DNA from: Anthoceros angustus
Taxonomy: Eukaryota; Plantae; Anthocerotophyta
Reading direction: 5' to 3'
Length of the DNA stretch: 64,000 nucleotides
NCBI GenBank assembly: GCA_010909165.1
Contig: MU008160.1
Coordinates: forward strand, 868,001 to 932,000
Shown: in pieces, positions 29,513 through 40,900 of the stretch
How the letters are laid out: every line of letters begins with the position of its first letter
Position numbering within the stretch: the stretch's first letter is position 1
The notes under the pieces: model-generated
The model's input: only the letters and a program-made list of their open reading frames with translations
Database searches by the model: none
Told to the model about the DNA's origin: nothing
Program-made: the position numbers and the translations under genes

Positions 29513-30570
29513 CGTGACCTCACGGGAGCTCAGAGCTTGAGCTTCGCCTGTCGCTGCAACTTGGTCGCGCGAACATACAGCAGATCGAGCGTTGGCGGCA
29601 ACTCCGCCAGCAGAGAACGCGATGAATGTCCGTTTCGCGAACCCTACAGTAAAACAAAATGCCGAAGCAAGTTTTCCCTCCCGTGGGTTTCGGCACTTCG
29701 AAGCTTCGACGCACGTTCTCGCCGGTCTGTCTGCAGCGCCGCCTCATCTTGCGCCTTGTTGCTCAAGGCAGTTGCAGCCTGCAGAATGGACATTTCTTTC
29801 CAAGCATCTTTGCCCGGATTTCTTCTCGTAGCTGCAGGCGCCACACCTGTAAGATCGTTCAACCTGCTAGCAAGAAATTTCGCAGAAGCTTCTGAACATC
29901 CTCTCGCCGCCTCATGATCCTATTGCCTGCAACGTTTTCTTGAAAGAACCAGCGATTCCTGTTGTGCAGACTTTTTTAGGAAGGACACGGTGATGAGAAT
30001 TGCGCTTCTTTCTCCAGCCAGTAATGGCTTGTAATTTTGCTCGAGATAGCAGTCCTGCCGGCACGGAGTTTTGTGTGTAGAGCTTACAAATTCAGCACGC
30101 TGTGCAAGTTGATTGACTGATCTAGCCACTGGTTGCCCAAAATGCCATGTTATTGGAGCAACTCTCACGTTACTCAAACAAGCTAGTAGAACACTCACAT
30201 GCAGCTCGTCGGCATACCATAGCTACCAGGAAGACGATTGATTCAGGGACTTTTCGCAGTGCCAAACGTACAGAGCTGTGGCAAGACACATCGAGAGACA
30301 AGATGATGCCAGTATGCTGATTCTTTCTTCTGTAATGTCCTGAAGTTGGGAAACACCCTTCCAGGTAGCTAGGATGTGAACGATCTTGGTGCATTCCGCA
30401 TCTTTGCAGTCTTCTCGGCTTCAAACTCTGTTCGGCCTCAAAGCTTGCAAACCGGCTGAACAGAAGTCGGCGGAGGGGAGATGGCAGTCGAGGACCTCGA
30501 ACGTAGAATGTTTTTTAGTGGAAAAACAAGTCACCGGTTCTACGATTTACCCGAAGCACCAAATCACTAC

Positions 30571-30639
30571 GCGCATGGATAGAGATTCGAACCCGGGTAC
30601 GTACCGTGGCGACACATTACTCTACCACTAAGCTGTGCA
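30571..30639 (-). tRNA. tRNA-Gly(GCC)-derived pseudogene or SINE-head-like relic
   Basis: The minus strand reads gcacagcttagtggtagagtaatgtgtcgccacggtacgtacccgggttcgaatctctatccatgc. A-box TAGTGGTAGA, anticodon context GCCACGGTAC and B-box CCGGGTTCGA match plant tRNA-Gly(GCC), but T and acceptor stems do not pair. Confidence 0.65.
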
Positions 30640-30808
30640 AATAATGAAGGAGTCCCGCGTGCCCACTGCCGCTCGCTCCCGCGCAGGATATGTTGGACGT
30701 GACATTTGCGGCCTGCCCAAGCCACCGTCCCCGCCTTCTCCCTGAGCCCCCTAGAAAAAAGAAGTTGACAATGTGAGTACGAGGCTCTTCACACGGTGCC
30801 GATACAAA

Positions 30809-33148
30809 TCAGCTTCTCATCGGATATTCCTCCGATGACGAGTCCAGGAGGGACATATGCCCCTTTTCCTTCATTTCGGATACAAGCTCAGAGAGCTTTG
30901 AACGTGTGTTGTCACTCTCCGGATGTTCTTTATCCGCAACCAAAAAGCTGTGAACCAGTCCGTGCATGTCTGTCCACCAGCTCTGGCCTGGCAGCTTCCA
31001 CGCCCCGACTCCTTTCCTTCTTGCTTGGATCTCCTGAGCCTCCTCCCACATCTGGGCACCAGTGTATATGTTTGACATGGACACATATGCTGCAGCGTTT
31101 TTCTTGTCTCGCTTTAGTGCTTCATCAAAAGCATGGCGTCCCACCTCCACATTGCTCCACGTTCGGCAAGCACCCAATAGGGTGTGCCAGACTGCATCTT
31201 GAGGCTGCACAGGCATTATCTGCACCACTGCTAGTGCGTTTTCAAGTTGGCCTGCACGTGCTAATAGGGCCACCATGCACGAGTAGTGCTCTGAGGTGGG
31301 GGCGATGCCGTAGCATCTGCTCATAGCTTCAAAGTACTCTTGCCCCTCTGTCACTAGACCCACATGACTGCACACCGTTAGTACACCGATGAACGTGATG
31401 TCATCTGGCTGGAAACCATCCTCTTGCATGCTGTGAAGCAAGACGAACACCACTTCAGCGTTTGCTTGATGGGCGTATCCAGCAATCAGTGCATTCCAGG
31501 CGACTAGGCTTCTCTGGGGCAATTCATCAAACACTTGCTGTGCATCAACCATGCTCCCACACTTTGCATACATGTTTATCAAACTGATGGCTAAGAACAC
31601 ATCAGCTTGAAGCCCTTGTTTTCGAATCTCAACATGAAGCTGCCTTCCCAGATGCAAGGCTGCAACATTTGCGCATGGCTGCAGGAGGCAAGCAAATGTC
31701 ACAGAATCAGGTGCCACGGCGCCTTCCTGCTGCAAAGCTTTGTAGAGACCAAGAGCTTCCTGACCCATGCCCTGCTGGGAATACCCTGCTATCATAGCAT
31801 TCCAAGTCACCACATCCTTCGTGCCGAGTCGGTCAAATACGCCCTGAGCATCCTCGAGGCTGCCACACTTTGCATACATGTTCACCAAACTGTTGGCCAC
31901 AACAACATCAGCCTGAAGACCTTGCTCTGCGATCTGTGCATGAAGCTGCTTTCCCGTCTCCAAGGCCAAGATACCAACACTCGCGCATGCCTGCAGGAGG
32001 CAAACGAATGTCACAGAATCAGGTGCAGCGATGCCTTCTTCCTGCATGGCTCCGTACAGGCGAAGAGCTTTCTCACCCTTGCCCTGCTGGGAATATCCTG
32101 ATATCAAGGCATTCCAAATCACCACATCCTTCTGAGGAATCCCGTCAAACACTCTTTGAGCTTCTTCCAAGCTGCCGCACTTTGCATACATGTGCACCAA
32201 GGCGTTGCAGACAAACAAACCAGGCTCCACCCCAGTGCTCAACACATGAGCATGCACATCCAGCCCACTTGTCAGGTCTGCTTCCCTCGCACAAGCCTGT
32301 AAGACTGCCACAAACACATGGCAATCTGGCCTCACACTTGACGCCCGCATCTCATGATACAGGTGTATGGCCTGCTTGGTTTGTCCGTGCTTGACATGCG
32401 CAGAGATGATGGCAGACCACGTGAAAGCATCAGGTTTGGAAACCATGGTGAACACATCCATCGCTTCTTGCAACTTGCCATGAGAAGCATACATCCTCAG
32501 GAGGTGGTTGCACAGGAACGTGTCCGAATCATACCCCTTCCACACGACCAGACCATGGACAAGGCGCCCCAGAACCAAATCCCTCGTAGCCACACACTCT
32601 TTCAACACAGTGTACAAGAGAGGCTGAGATACAGCACACCCTGCCTGCCCCAGAGCTCCCACAGCCTCAACAGCCTGTCGGACCTTCCCCTGCTGACATA
32701 GCTTGCACACAACGTCAGCCGTTACACATGTTCCGGCCCCTGTGCGCCCCTCATGATGCACATCATCCAGCAAGTTGCACTTGGATGCACGACCCAACTG
32801 CACATCCAGAGCAGACAGCTGTTGCCGCCCCTTCTCCACAGCTTGAAAACATCCTCTTTCACGGGCTGCTTTGGTTGCAACACCGCTGCCTCTCCAGGCC
32901 TGCTTGTTCCCTAGCTCAAAGCTCGAACACAGATCAGCACTACAGCTCCTCCTACAAGGCAACATGAATTGTCCCGAATGTGTCTTTGTCGCCGACTCCA
33001 CCAGAGCTGTCGCCAAAACGGGCCCTCTCGCCCTCTGCGTGAACCACGTGCAACCATGATTCTCAGAAGCACGCCTTGAGCCGAAGGAGTGAAGCCCGAA
33101 CCCAAAATCCAGCTCCACTACTCCAGCTGCCCTTGTTGCGCAATTCAT
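30809..33148 (-). CDS. Intronless PLS-class PPR protein, E1/E2 with 'WW' PG-box and truncated DYW (E+ type), 779 aa
   Basis: Repeated P-L-S motifs (DAFTWSAII, DVVIWNALI, DSVTFVCLL); C-terminus WKLPGQSWWTDMHGLVHSFLVADKEHPE, then a stop before HxE/CxxC. Confidence 0.93.
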   Translation of the reverse strand: MNCATRAAGVVELDFGFGLHSFGSRRASENHGCTWFTQRARGPVLATALVESATKTHSGQFMLPCRRSCSADLCSSFELGNKQAWRGSGVATKAARERGCFQAVEKGRQQLSALDVQLGRASKCNLLDDVHHEGRTGAGTCVTADVVCKLCQQGKVRQAVEAVGALGQAGCAVSQPLLYTVLKECVATRDLVLGRLVHGLVVWKGYDSDTFLCNHLLRMYASHGKLQEAMDVFTMVSKPDAFTWSAIISAHVKHGQTKQAIHLYHEMRASSVRPDCHVFVAVLQACAREADLTSGLDVHAHVLSTGVEPGLFVCNALVHMYAKCGSLEEAQRVFDGIPQKDVVIWNALISGYSQQGKGEKALRLYGAMQEEGIAAPDSVTFVCLLQACASVGILALETGKQLHAQIAEQGLQADVVVANSLVNMYAKCGSLEDAQGVFDRLGTKDVVTWNAMIAGYSQQGMGQEALGLYKALQQEGAVAPDSVTFACLLQPCANVAALHLGRQLHVEIRKQGLQADVFLAISLINMYAKCGSMVDAQQVFDELPQRSLVAWNALIAGYAHQANAEVVFVLLHSMQEDGFQPDDITFIGVLTVCSHVGLVTEGQEYFEAMSRCYGIAPTSEHYSCMVALLARAGQLENALAVVQIMPVQPQDAVWHTLLGACRTWSNVEVGRHAFDEALKRDKKNAAAYVSMSNIYTGAQMWEEAQEIQARRKGVGAWKLPGQSWWTDMHGLVHSFLVADKEHPESDNTRSKLSELVSEMKEKGHMSLLDSSSEEYPMRS

Positions 33149-33254
33149 ACAGCGCAGAGCACATCTAGGACTGAGCCCTCATGACTCGGCTGTGCCGATT
33201 TCTTCCTCCTTGTAATGCACAAGCTAAATCATGTCATTTGTTTGTATTGGTCTG

Positions 33255-34790
33255 TCAGGGAGCCCCTCTGCCTCAAGTTCTGAACCATCCCCGCCAGCCA
33301 GCTTGGGTGGATGAGCAGCTGGCGGCCTTGGACAAGCGCATGGGCTTGTTGGGCGATTCAGATCCGTGCTGGGCTGAAATCGTGAGCGCACTCTGCTGGC
33401 AGAGGCAGGTCGGGGAAGCTGTGGACTGCTCTGGAAGTGCTGGTGCAAAGGTGCTGCCGTGTTTGTGCGTCGCTTTTCTGCACCGTGCTGAAGGAATGCG
33501 TGGTGGGCGATGGGGGTCTGGTGTTGGGTCAGGTACGGGACGGACACACTGTAGTGCAACCATGTGGTGAGGATGTACGCTTCTCACGGGAGGTTGCAGG
33601 AGGCGACGGATGTGTTCACCGTGGTTGAGAGACCGGATGCCTTCACCTGGTCTGCCATCATCTCTGCGCATGTGCGGCCTGGAGATGCCAAGCAGGCCAT
33701 AGAGCTGTACTTGGAGAGCGGAGGTCCGATGTGAAGGCAGAAGGTAGACAGGCAGCCCTGCAGGCTTGGGCGAGGGGGAGGAGACTTGAAGGCCGGGCAA
33801 CAGGTGTTGGCTTGTGGGTTTGAGCTGGGTTTGTTTGTATAGAACTCCCTGGTGGACATGTATGTCAAGTGTGGAAGCTTCGAAGGGTGTCCGACGGCCT
33901 TGCTGAGAAGGATGTGGTGACATCCTGGAATGCTTTGATTGCAGGGTATGCTCAGCAGGGCATGGGTGGGGAGGCCCGTCGACTGTTCGGTGAGATGCAG
34001 GAAGAAGGCATAGCTGCATCCACTGCAGTGGCCTATGCGTGCCTGCTGCCGGCGTGTGCGCGTGGGGGTCCTTCGGGTTCGAAGAAGGGGGAGCAGCTTC
34101 ATGCACGGATTCGACATGATTTGCTCAGGCTGATGCGGTGGTGGGTTGCAGCCTGGTGAACAGCATGGTTGACGGATAGCAAGTGCTCGCTGCATTGCCA
34201 GATAGGGGCCTTGTCACATGGAATGCTCCGGTTGCTGGATACACCCGCCAAGGAGACAGTTAGCTGGTCTTCCACTTGCTGCACAGTGTGATCGAAGACC
34301 ATGTCATACAGCCCAACGGCATCACATTCCCTCGTGTACTGACAGTATGCAGCCATGTAGGTCTGGTGCAGAGGGGGCGAGACTTCTTCCAGGCAATGAG
34401 CTGACAACATGGCATCACTCCCACCACAGAGCACTACACATGCGTGGTGGATGAGGCACTCGCCGTGGTAAGAAGCATGCCTATGCTGCCTGATGCGGCA
34501 GTCTAGCACGCTGTTCTGAACTCCTGCAGAAAGTGGAACATGGCACAAATGGCCAGCCAAGCTTTCAATGAAGCTGTGAAGCTGGACCAACAAGATGAAG
34601 CAGCGCATGTGTGCCTCATGTCAAACATTTACACTGATGCTCATATGTGGAAGGAGGCCCAGGATATGCACAGCTGCAGAAAAGAAGCCCGGGCCTAGAC
34701 GCAGGCAGGCCAGAGCTGCTGGACAGACATGGACGGCCATGTGCACGTCTTCGTGGTCGGCGATCTAAAGCATTCATTCAGAAAGTGAAA
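33255..34790 (+). pseudogene. Degenerate PLS-PPR (WW-type) pseudogene, divergent to the preceding gene
   Basis: Remnants: PAWVDEQL (tail of the PDF-like motif), IVSALCWQRQVGEAV, DAFTWSAIISAHV, DVVT(S)WNALIAGYAQQGMG, and AGQSCWTDMDGHVHVFVVGD; many frameshifts. Confidence 0.85.
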
Positions 34791-36625
34791 GTATGTATGC
34801 AAGGCTGAGATAGCTCCGCTTTTGAACTCAGCTCCAGAAATGTAGCCACACCCCCATGGAAATTTCTCATCGCCGGCAATCCCAATGACAAGCAAGCCCA
34901 TCTGGAAAGGACAAATAAGTTATCCGTTCCAACAAAAATATCCTTGTACGGCAAACCAGAAATCTAGAAGCTACGCATCCTGTTGCAGCACAGATCTAGC
35001 TTTCGAAGAAAAAACAGCACTCTACTGTGAAAGTCCCCCACTGGACTGAACACGAACTGGTTGACATCCATCGTCACCGAGACGGGCAGCAACCTGACAT
35101 CCCACCGTTAAGCGGGTCGGTGAGTGTCTATGTCGGAGTGCTTACCCGCTAAACTGGTGGATGGGTATCCAAACAGCTGGTTTGTGCTTCACTCTATGAC
35201 CCAAAGCTACCGTTCCCGAAGATTGCCCCCTCCTTTTATCTCCCCACTAAACGGTTGGATGGGCGTCTAATAACCTGCTTCTTTTGTGCTGTACATGTGA
35301 TATGAAAGCTACCCCTTCTTGGACACTTCACCGCTCCCAAACCTCCCATCCAACCTCCGGATGTGGGCGTCCGACTATGTAGCTATCCCAATGCCCTAGG
35401 CCAGATGGACACACATTTATCAACTCTGAAGTATTTTATCCATGAATTGGTCCTTAGATGGGGTGCCTAGAATGCCAAAGTTGGGCAAGGAGCTTAGGCA
35501 CATCATGATGCAAGTTGTCGAATACTAGGTTGCATGATGGAAATCCCACTTCCAAGATAGAGAGGTATGCACACCTTCCTTGAGAGATATATATTGTGCT
35601 ATCCATTCCACGAGAGTGAATGGGTATCTAGCCTTCATTCTCCATCCTACATTTTAGCCCATGAAGGAGTACTTAGCTAGAGCCCCTAGAAGCAAAGGAT
35701 GCCCTCAAAGGAAAGGAGTAGCTTAAGCACACCATTGTGCAAGTAGCCTAATCACACCATTGTGCAAGTTATCAGGTACCCGATCTCATGAAGGAAATGG
35801 TGTCCTTACTAGACCTACACTAGATTCTTCTTCTTCCTTCTTCTTGTTCTAGCATGTGCTATATATATAATAGAGAGGTATGTGGTATCTAGCCTTCATT
35901 GGTTGGCTCTTATGAATTTGAAGGAAGATGGCGCATCTAGCCTTCATCCTCTCCCTTCTTGATATGTAGTAAGAGGTAAAACCTCCTCTTTTAAAGATAG
36001 CTTTCATTGTATTGGGATGGGGTACCATCTTTTGCTCTATTGCTATCGTCCCACTTTGTGGACACGTCGACCTCTCTCTTGTGAGATCACCCATTCAAAT
36101 ATAATACAAGACAATACTATTAGTCTGCATTCTTTCGGCAGCCCATGTCTATTGCATTCCAAGTGCAAGGGACGGTGGGGTGGGCGATGACAGCTGGAGA
36201 TGCATCTTGGACAACCTCAATAACATATAGGCCATTCAATTGGTCACGACATGATTGGGCTGTAGGCGATTTTCGACAATGCATCTTGATTGCCCTTTTT
36301 ACTGTCACCCTGGAATCTCCGATTCTATATGTACCCTCTGGGTGAGCACTTTTGTGGACCAGGGAGATACCATGGCTCCAAGAGCTGTTGTCGTATCCAC
36401 GTCTTTATATAGAAAGTTTATATGGAGCAAGTTGCCATTGTAGCCTATAGCTTGATCCCAACTGCCATTGTGGAATGCCCTTCTTTACAGAGAGAGTTAA
36501 GTGTGGTGGGGCATGATGAGTAGAAGGTAGTCGTTTGTGAGGTTCTAGGAGTCGTTTTATGGTGTCAGGAACAGGGAAATGACAGAGCCAGGCCAATGAA
36601 GGAAGGAGGCAAATAAATGAGGGCG

Positions 36626-37393
36626 TTAAGGAGCCGCCGTCGTAGTCGCTGGACGCTGGATGGCCGGATGGCTGGATGGCAGAATGGCAGCATAGACGAG
36701 CGAATAATGGTGGCAGAAAGGATTCTGCGCCGAGGCTCTGCTCTGCCCTGCCATAGACGCTGGCATCGCCTCCCTTACACGTGTCAGACGCTGTGCCATG
36801 GTAGCCCGGATCCCGCACCCCATGCGCCTCGCCGCCTCGTGGCGCCTACCCGGCCCCACTGCCTTACCCGCTTCCCGCTTACGGTACGTTACGTACAAAC
36901 GCATACAACATCCCGTGGAAGGGAGGGCCGCAGCCTGAAGAAGTGACCCGTGGTGGACCCTACCCGGGGCCCGCCCGGCCCCGGGTTGGCCGACGCCGGG
37001 TAGCGCGGGAGTAGGCACTGTAGCGGCCCGGGTAGCTGGTAGGCCGTCGCCACAAAAGGGAAAGGGACGTCTGCTGGCCTGTCTCCGAGGAAGGAGCTCG
37101 ACCGCATAGCGGGTGCGGCTGCGGCTGCGGGTGCGTCGCGTGCCGCCTGGCCTCGCCTTCTCATCATCATCGCCTCCGGTCGGCACGCATTCCGTTCCGC
37201 CTCCGCTGCCCCCGCTCCGCCTCCCCCCCGATCGTCGATCGTCGCTCTTTCCCGCGCTTTTTCTCCCATCCCGGTTTTGTGGGCGATTCCCGAGCTCACG
37301 ATCGGACTCTGCTGCTGCTGCTGCTGCTGCCGCTGCCGTAGCTGTAGCTGTAGCTGTAGCTGATTGTTGTGGAGTGAAGGTGACCCGGATCAA
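36626..37393 (-). CDS. Hypothetical GC-rich ORF (alternative frame 36889-37299) divergent from MCTP
   Basis: A GC-rich block with long open frames; low-complexity (GCT)n/(GCTGTA)n start; no recognisable domain. Confidence 0.2.
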   Translation of the reverse strand: MIRVTFTPQQSATATATATAAAAAAAAAESDRELGNRPQNRDGRKSAGKSDDRRSGGRRSGGSGGGTECVPTGGDDDEKARPGGTRRTRSRSRTRYAVELLPRRQASRRPFPFCGDGLPATRAATVPTPALPGVGQPGAGRAPGRVHHGSLLQAAALPSTGCCMRLYVTYRKREAGKAVGPGRRHEAARRMGCGIRATMAQRLTRVREAMPASMAGQSRASAQNPFCHHYSLVYAAILPSSHPAIQRPATTTAAP

Positions 37394-37960
37394 GATCGTT
37401 CATCCTCTGTAGCTGGCGGAGCTGGTTGGAGTTTGGAAGTGCATCGACAGTGTGTGAAGGGTGTGGAAGGTGGGTGTGTGTTTGTGTGACTTGTGGCTCT
37501 GTTCTGAGCTTTTGGGTGCTCGTTTTGTAGCTGAATACCTGTTGGGTGTCTGCTGTTTTGGAGGTTACTGATGTGGGTGTTACGGTTTCTGTGGCAGTGT
37601 GTGGTTTGGTTTGGAGGAATTAGCGTGGAAGGGGCAGTGGTCTGGTGGGTTTCGGTGCATTTGAAGGTTGGTGCAGCTTGTTGGTTCTGGGGGAGGAAGG
37701 TTGTGCTGGAGACAGGTTTAGTTTGAGCTGCCTGAGCTGGAGAAAGGGATCGTGGTGGAGATGATAATGCGGAGTGTGGGTGCATTGGGGAGGGGATGAT
37801 GGAGTGGAGACGGTGGCTGTTTGAGCGCCAGAGGTTCAGTAAGGATGCGCGGTAGCAAGTGGTAGAGAATTTGGGACTCCTGTTGGTGGTGGGTCAATTG
37901 CGAGGGGTGATGTCAAGGTAGCCAGGTCTATAGGAGAGAGGGACGAGTGCGGGGAGGAGG

Positions 37961-40900
37961 ATGGCGGCAAAGCACTCCAAGAGGCTTCATGTCGAAGTGT
38001 GCAACGCCCGTGGCCTTATGCCGAAAGATGGCCAGGGGTCCTCTAATCCCTACGTTGCGGTAAGCTCAGTGTGTGTCATGAGCGGGGGTGATCGGCCTGG
38101 CTCCAGTGGGGAACCTGTTGCTCACTCTGGTGGGTTTTGCAGGTGGACTTTGAGGGGAATCGGCAGAAGACGAAAGTGAAGACGAAGGAGCTGAGTCCGA
38201 CATGGAACGAGAAGGTTGTGGCTGATGTGGCCTTGGGTTTAGGTGGCAATGCTTTTGCATATTTTGGGATGTTTCTGAACGTCAGTGGTGTGTGATGCAG
38301 TTTGTCTTCAATGTCATGGACCCTGGAAACCCGAACCTTGTGCTCGAGGTGAACGTGTTCAATGAGAGGAAAGTCAACAGACGAAGTGGGTTTCTCGGGC
38401 GGGTTCGGATTCCCATAGCTGAGGTACCTCCGAGAGGCAGGGAGAGTTTGATGTACTACCGATTGGAGAAGAGGAGTTTGTTCTCGCACATTAAAGGAGA
38501 GATTGGGTGCGTGTCTCCAACGCTTGCTGCTGCTGAGGCGTCTGGCACTCTCAACTTTTTCGTGTTTGCTTGCGAGTTAACACTGGTGTTACGGATGATG
38601 GTGGTGCTGCAGGCTTAAAGTCTTTGTAGATGACAATATGATGATGCCAGCGGGGCCTCCCCCTATGGTAGTGGATAAGAAAGCACCTCCTGTGGTGATG
38701 GCAGCAGCAGCACCACCACCAATGCCCATGCCTCCAGTGAACGTACCCATCGCTGCAGCACCGATGCCTCCCATGCCTCCTATGCCTCCTATGCCTGTAG
38801 CAGCGCCAATGCCTCCTGAGCCCGTTATCGCCAGACCTCCGGATGTCCACAAGCCAGTGGTGATGGAGCCTTCGGTGCTTTCATCGGTACCGGAGGTAGA
38901 GTTCTACGTGAAGGAAACAAACCCAGTGTTGGGTGGAGTGATCAGTGAATTTAGGCAGCATCAGCACGCCTATGACCTTGTGGAGGAAATGCCCTTTCTG
39001 TTTCTCAGAGTCGTCAAGGCGAGGTCATTGGCAGCGAAAGATGTGAATGGCAAGAGCGATCCTGTATATATCCGACTTCCCACCTCACCTGTTGTGCAAT
39101 GAGCGATAACACTGAAAGGTACGCTCACTTGTCCTAACCGTGCTTGTGTGGCTTTTGACATGCAGTACGTGAAGATCATGGTGGGGAGTCTTCACGCCAG
39201 AACGAAAACTATACCGAAGAATTTGAACCCTGAATGGAATCAAGTTTTCGCTTTCTCTAAAGGCAACCTTCATGGAGGGTCACTTTTGCTCGAAGTGTGG
39301 GATGAGGTATGTGGGTCCCCAGGACATCTGAAAGCTGTGAGGCATGTGAAAGCTGCGGGGCCGATGAGGGAATGGCAGCACACTGATCTGTTCCCTTACC
39401 ATCGTTCCCTGCCTACCAAACAGGATACTGTCAGCAAGGATGATTTCATCGGATCCGTGGTGCTGAATATATCGGAAATTCCGAGGAGGGTGCCTCCAGA
39501 GAGTTCTCTCGCCCCTCAATGGTACCCACTGGCAGACAAGACAGGAGAAGGGAAAGCGAAAGGTGCTGTCCGCTGCTGCTGTTGTCTGAACCGTTTTGGG
39601 GAAGTCTCTTTCAGCTGTTATGCAAAAGCTTGTTGTGGATAAGGAATTGAGGTGGAGACTTGTTCCGAATCGTGACTTTGCAGGCGATATCATGCTGTCT
39701 GTATGGATGGGCACTCAGGCGGATGAAGCTTTTCAGGAGGCCTGGCAATCAGATACGGGAGGTCAATCTCATTTCCGTTCGAAAGTATACATGTCACCTA
39801 AGCTTTGGTACTTGCGAGTGACTGTCATTGAAGCTCAGGATCTTCATCCACATGACAAAGGGCGCTTTCCAGAAGCGGTATGGATGCTGTGAGCAGACTT
39901 CTTGAGAGTTTGGTTGGGTGTCCCACGTAATTGCTCACTCTAGCATTGGCTGGTCCTTCTCCAGATAGTCAAGGTACACATGGGATTTCAAACCTATACA
40001 ACTAAGCCTTCTGTGACTCGGAGTACCAGTCCATTCTGGAACGAGGAGTTGATTTTCGTTGCAGCAGAGCCTTTTGAGGATATTCTGCATATTCTCGTCG
40101 AAGATTTCCACGGACCCAAGAAGGTGTGGAGCAAGCCTTGATCAGGTTAACTGTAGAGCTTCGACTTCGACCTTTGTTTGTGACGCTTAGATGTGTTTTT
40201 CTCCTCCTGACAGGGGGACATCCTTGGTCAAGTGAAGATTCCAGTCAGGACTATCGAGACTCGCCCTGATGCTCGTCTAGTCGCTTCCAGGTTTAGCACG
40301 TCAACCGGAACTGAGTGTGTATATCTGAACTATGTCGTGTGCTGTGGAAGGACTGAGGTGTCCGTGGGTGCTTGTGCAGGTGGTACGTCTTGGACACTGA
40401 GCGTGAGAAGGGTACTTACAGAGGGCGAGTTCATCTGAGGCTTTGCTTTGATGGTGGCTACCATGTCATGGACGAGGCCTCGAATCACAGCAGCTGCATG
40501 AGACCCACCGACAAGCTGCTGTGGAGACCATCCATTGGGGTGTTGGAGCTGGGTATACTTGGTGCAACTGAGCTTCTTCCTATGAAAACAAACATCCATC
40601 ATAGAGGGAGCACTGATGCATACTGCGTGGCCAAGTATGGACAGAAATGGGTGCGAACACGCACAATCACTGAAAACTTCAATCCCAGATGGAATGAGCA
40701 GTACACATGGGAGGTTTATGACCCTTGCACCGTGTTGACCGTAGGAGTATTTGACAACCGGTATGTGCTCGATGGTGCAGCTGTCTTCATATTGAGCACA
40801 CTCGGCTAATGTTCTCAAGGTTCTAGATTATCGCTGGATTCAGTTGAATTTTTGTTTGATGCAGGCATCTCCACAACAGCTTGTTGGAAAAGGTCGATGG

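Noticed and set aside
29644-30424. Short ORFs upstream of PRP8
   Set aside because: No recognisable domain or consistent exon structure; likely promoter/UTR.
30571-30639. Functional tRNA-Gly
   Set aside because: T-stem (ccggg/ctcta) and acceptor stem do not base-pair.
30796-33059. Plus-strand ORFs overlapping the PPR gene (similar ones occur opposite PRP8 and the DRH gene)
   Set aside because: Antisense shadows of real coding sequence with no independent motifs.
34695-34901. Possible exon (MGLLVIGIAGDEKFPWGCG) after a tttccag acceptor-like site
   Set aside because: Overlaps the PPR pseudogene end and has no partner exons or homology.
36600-37400. Conserved plant miRNA precursor
   Set aside because: No match seen to conserved mature miRNAs I recall (miR156/160/166/171/319/390/408/529/535) and no clear long hairpin.
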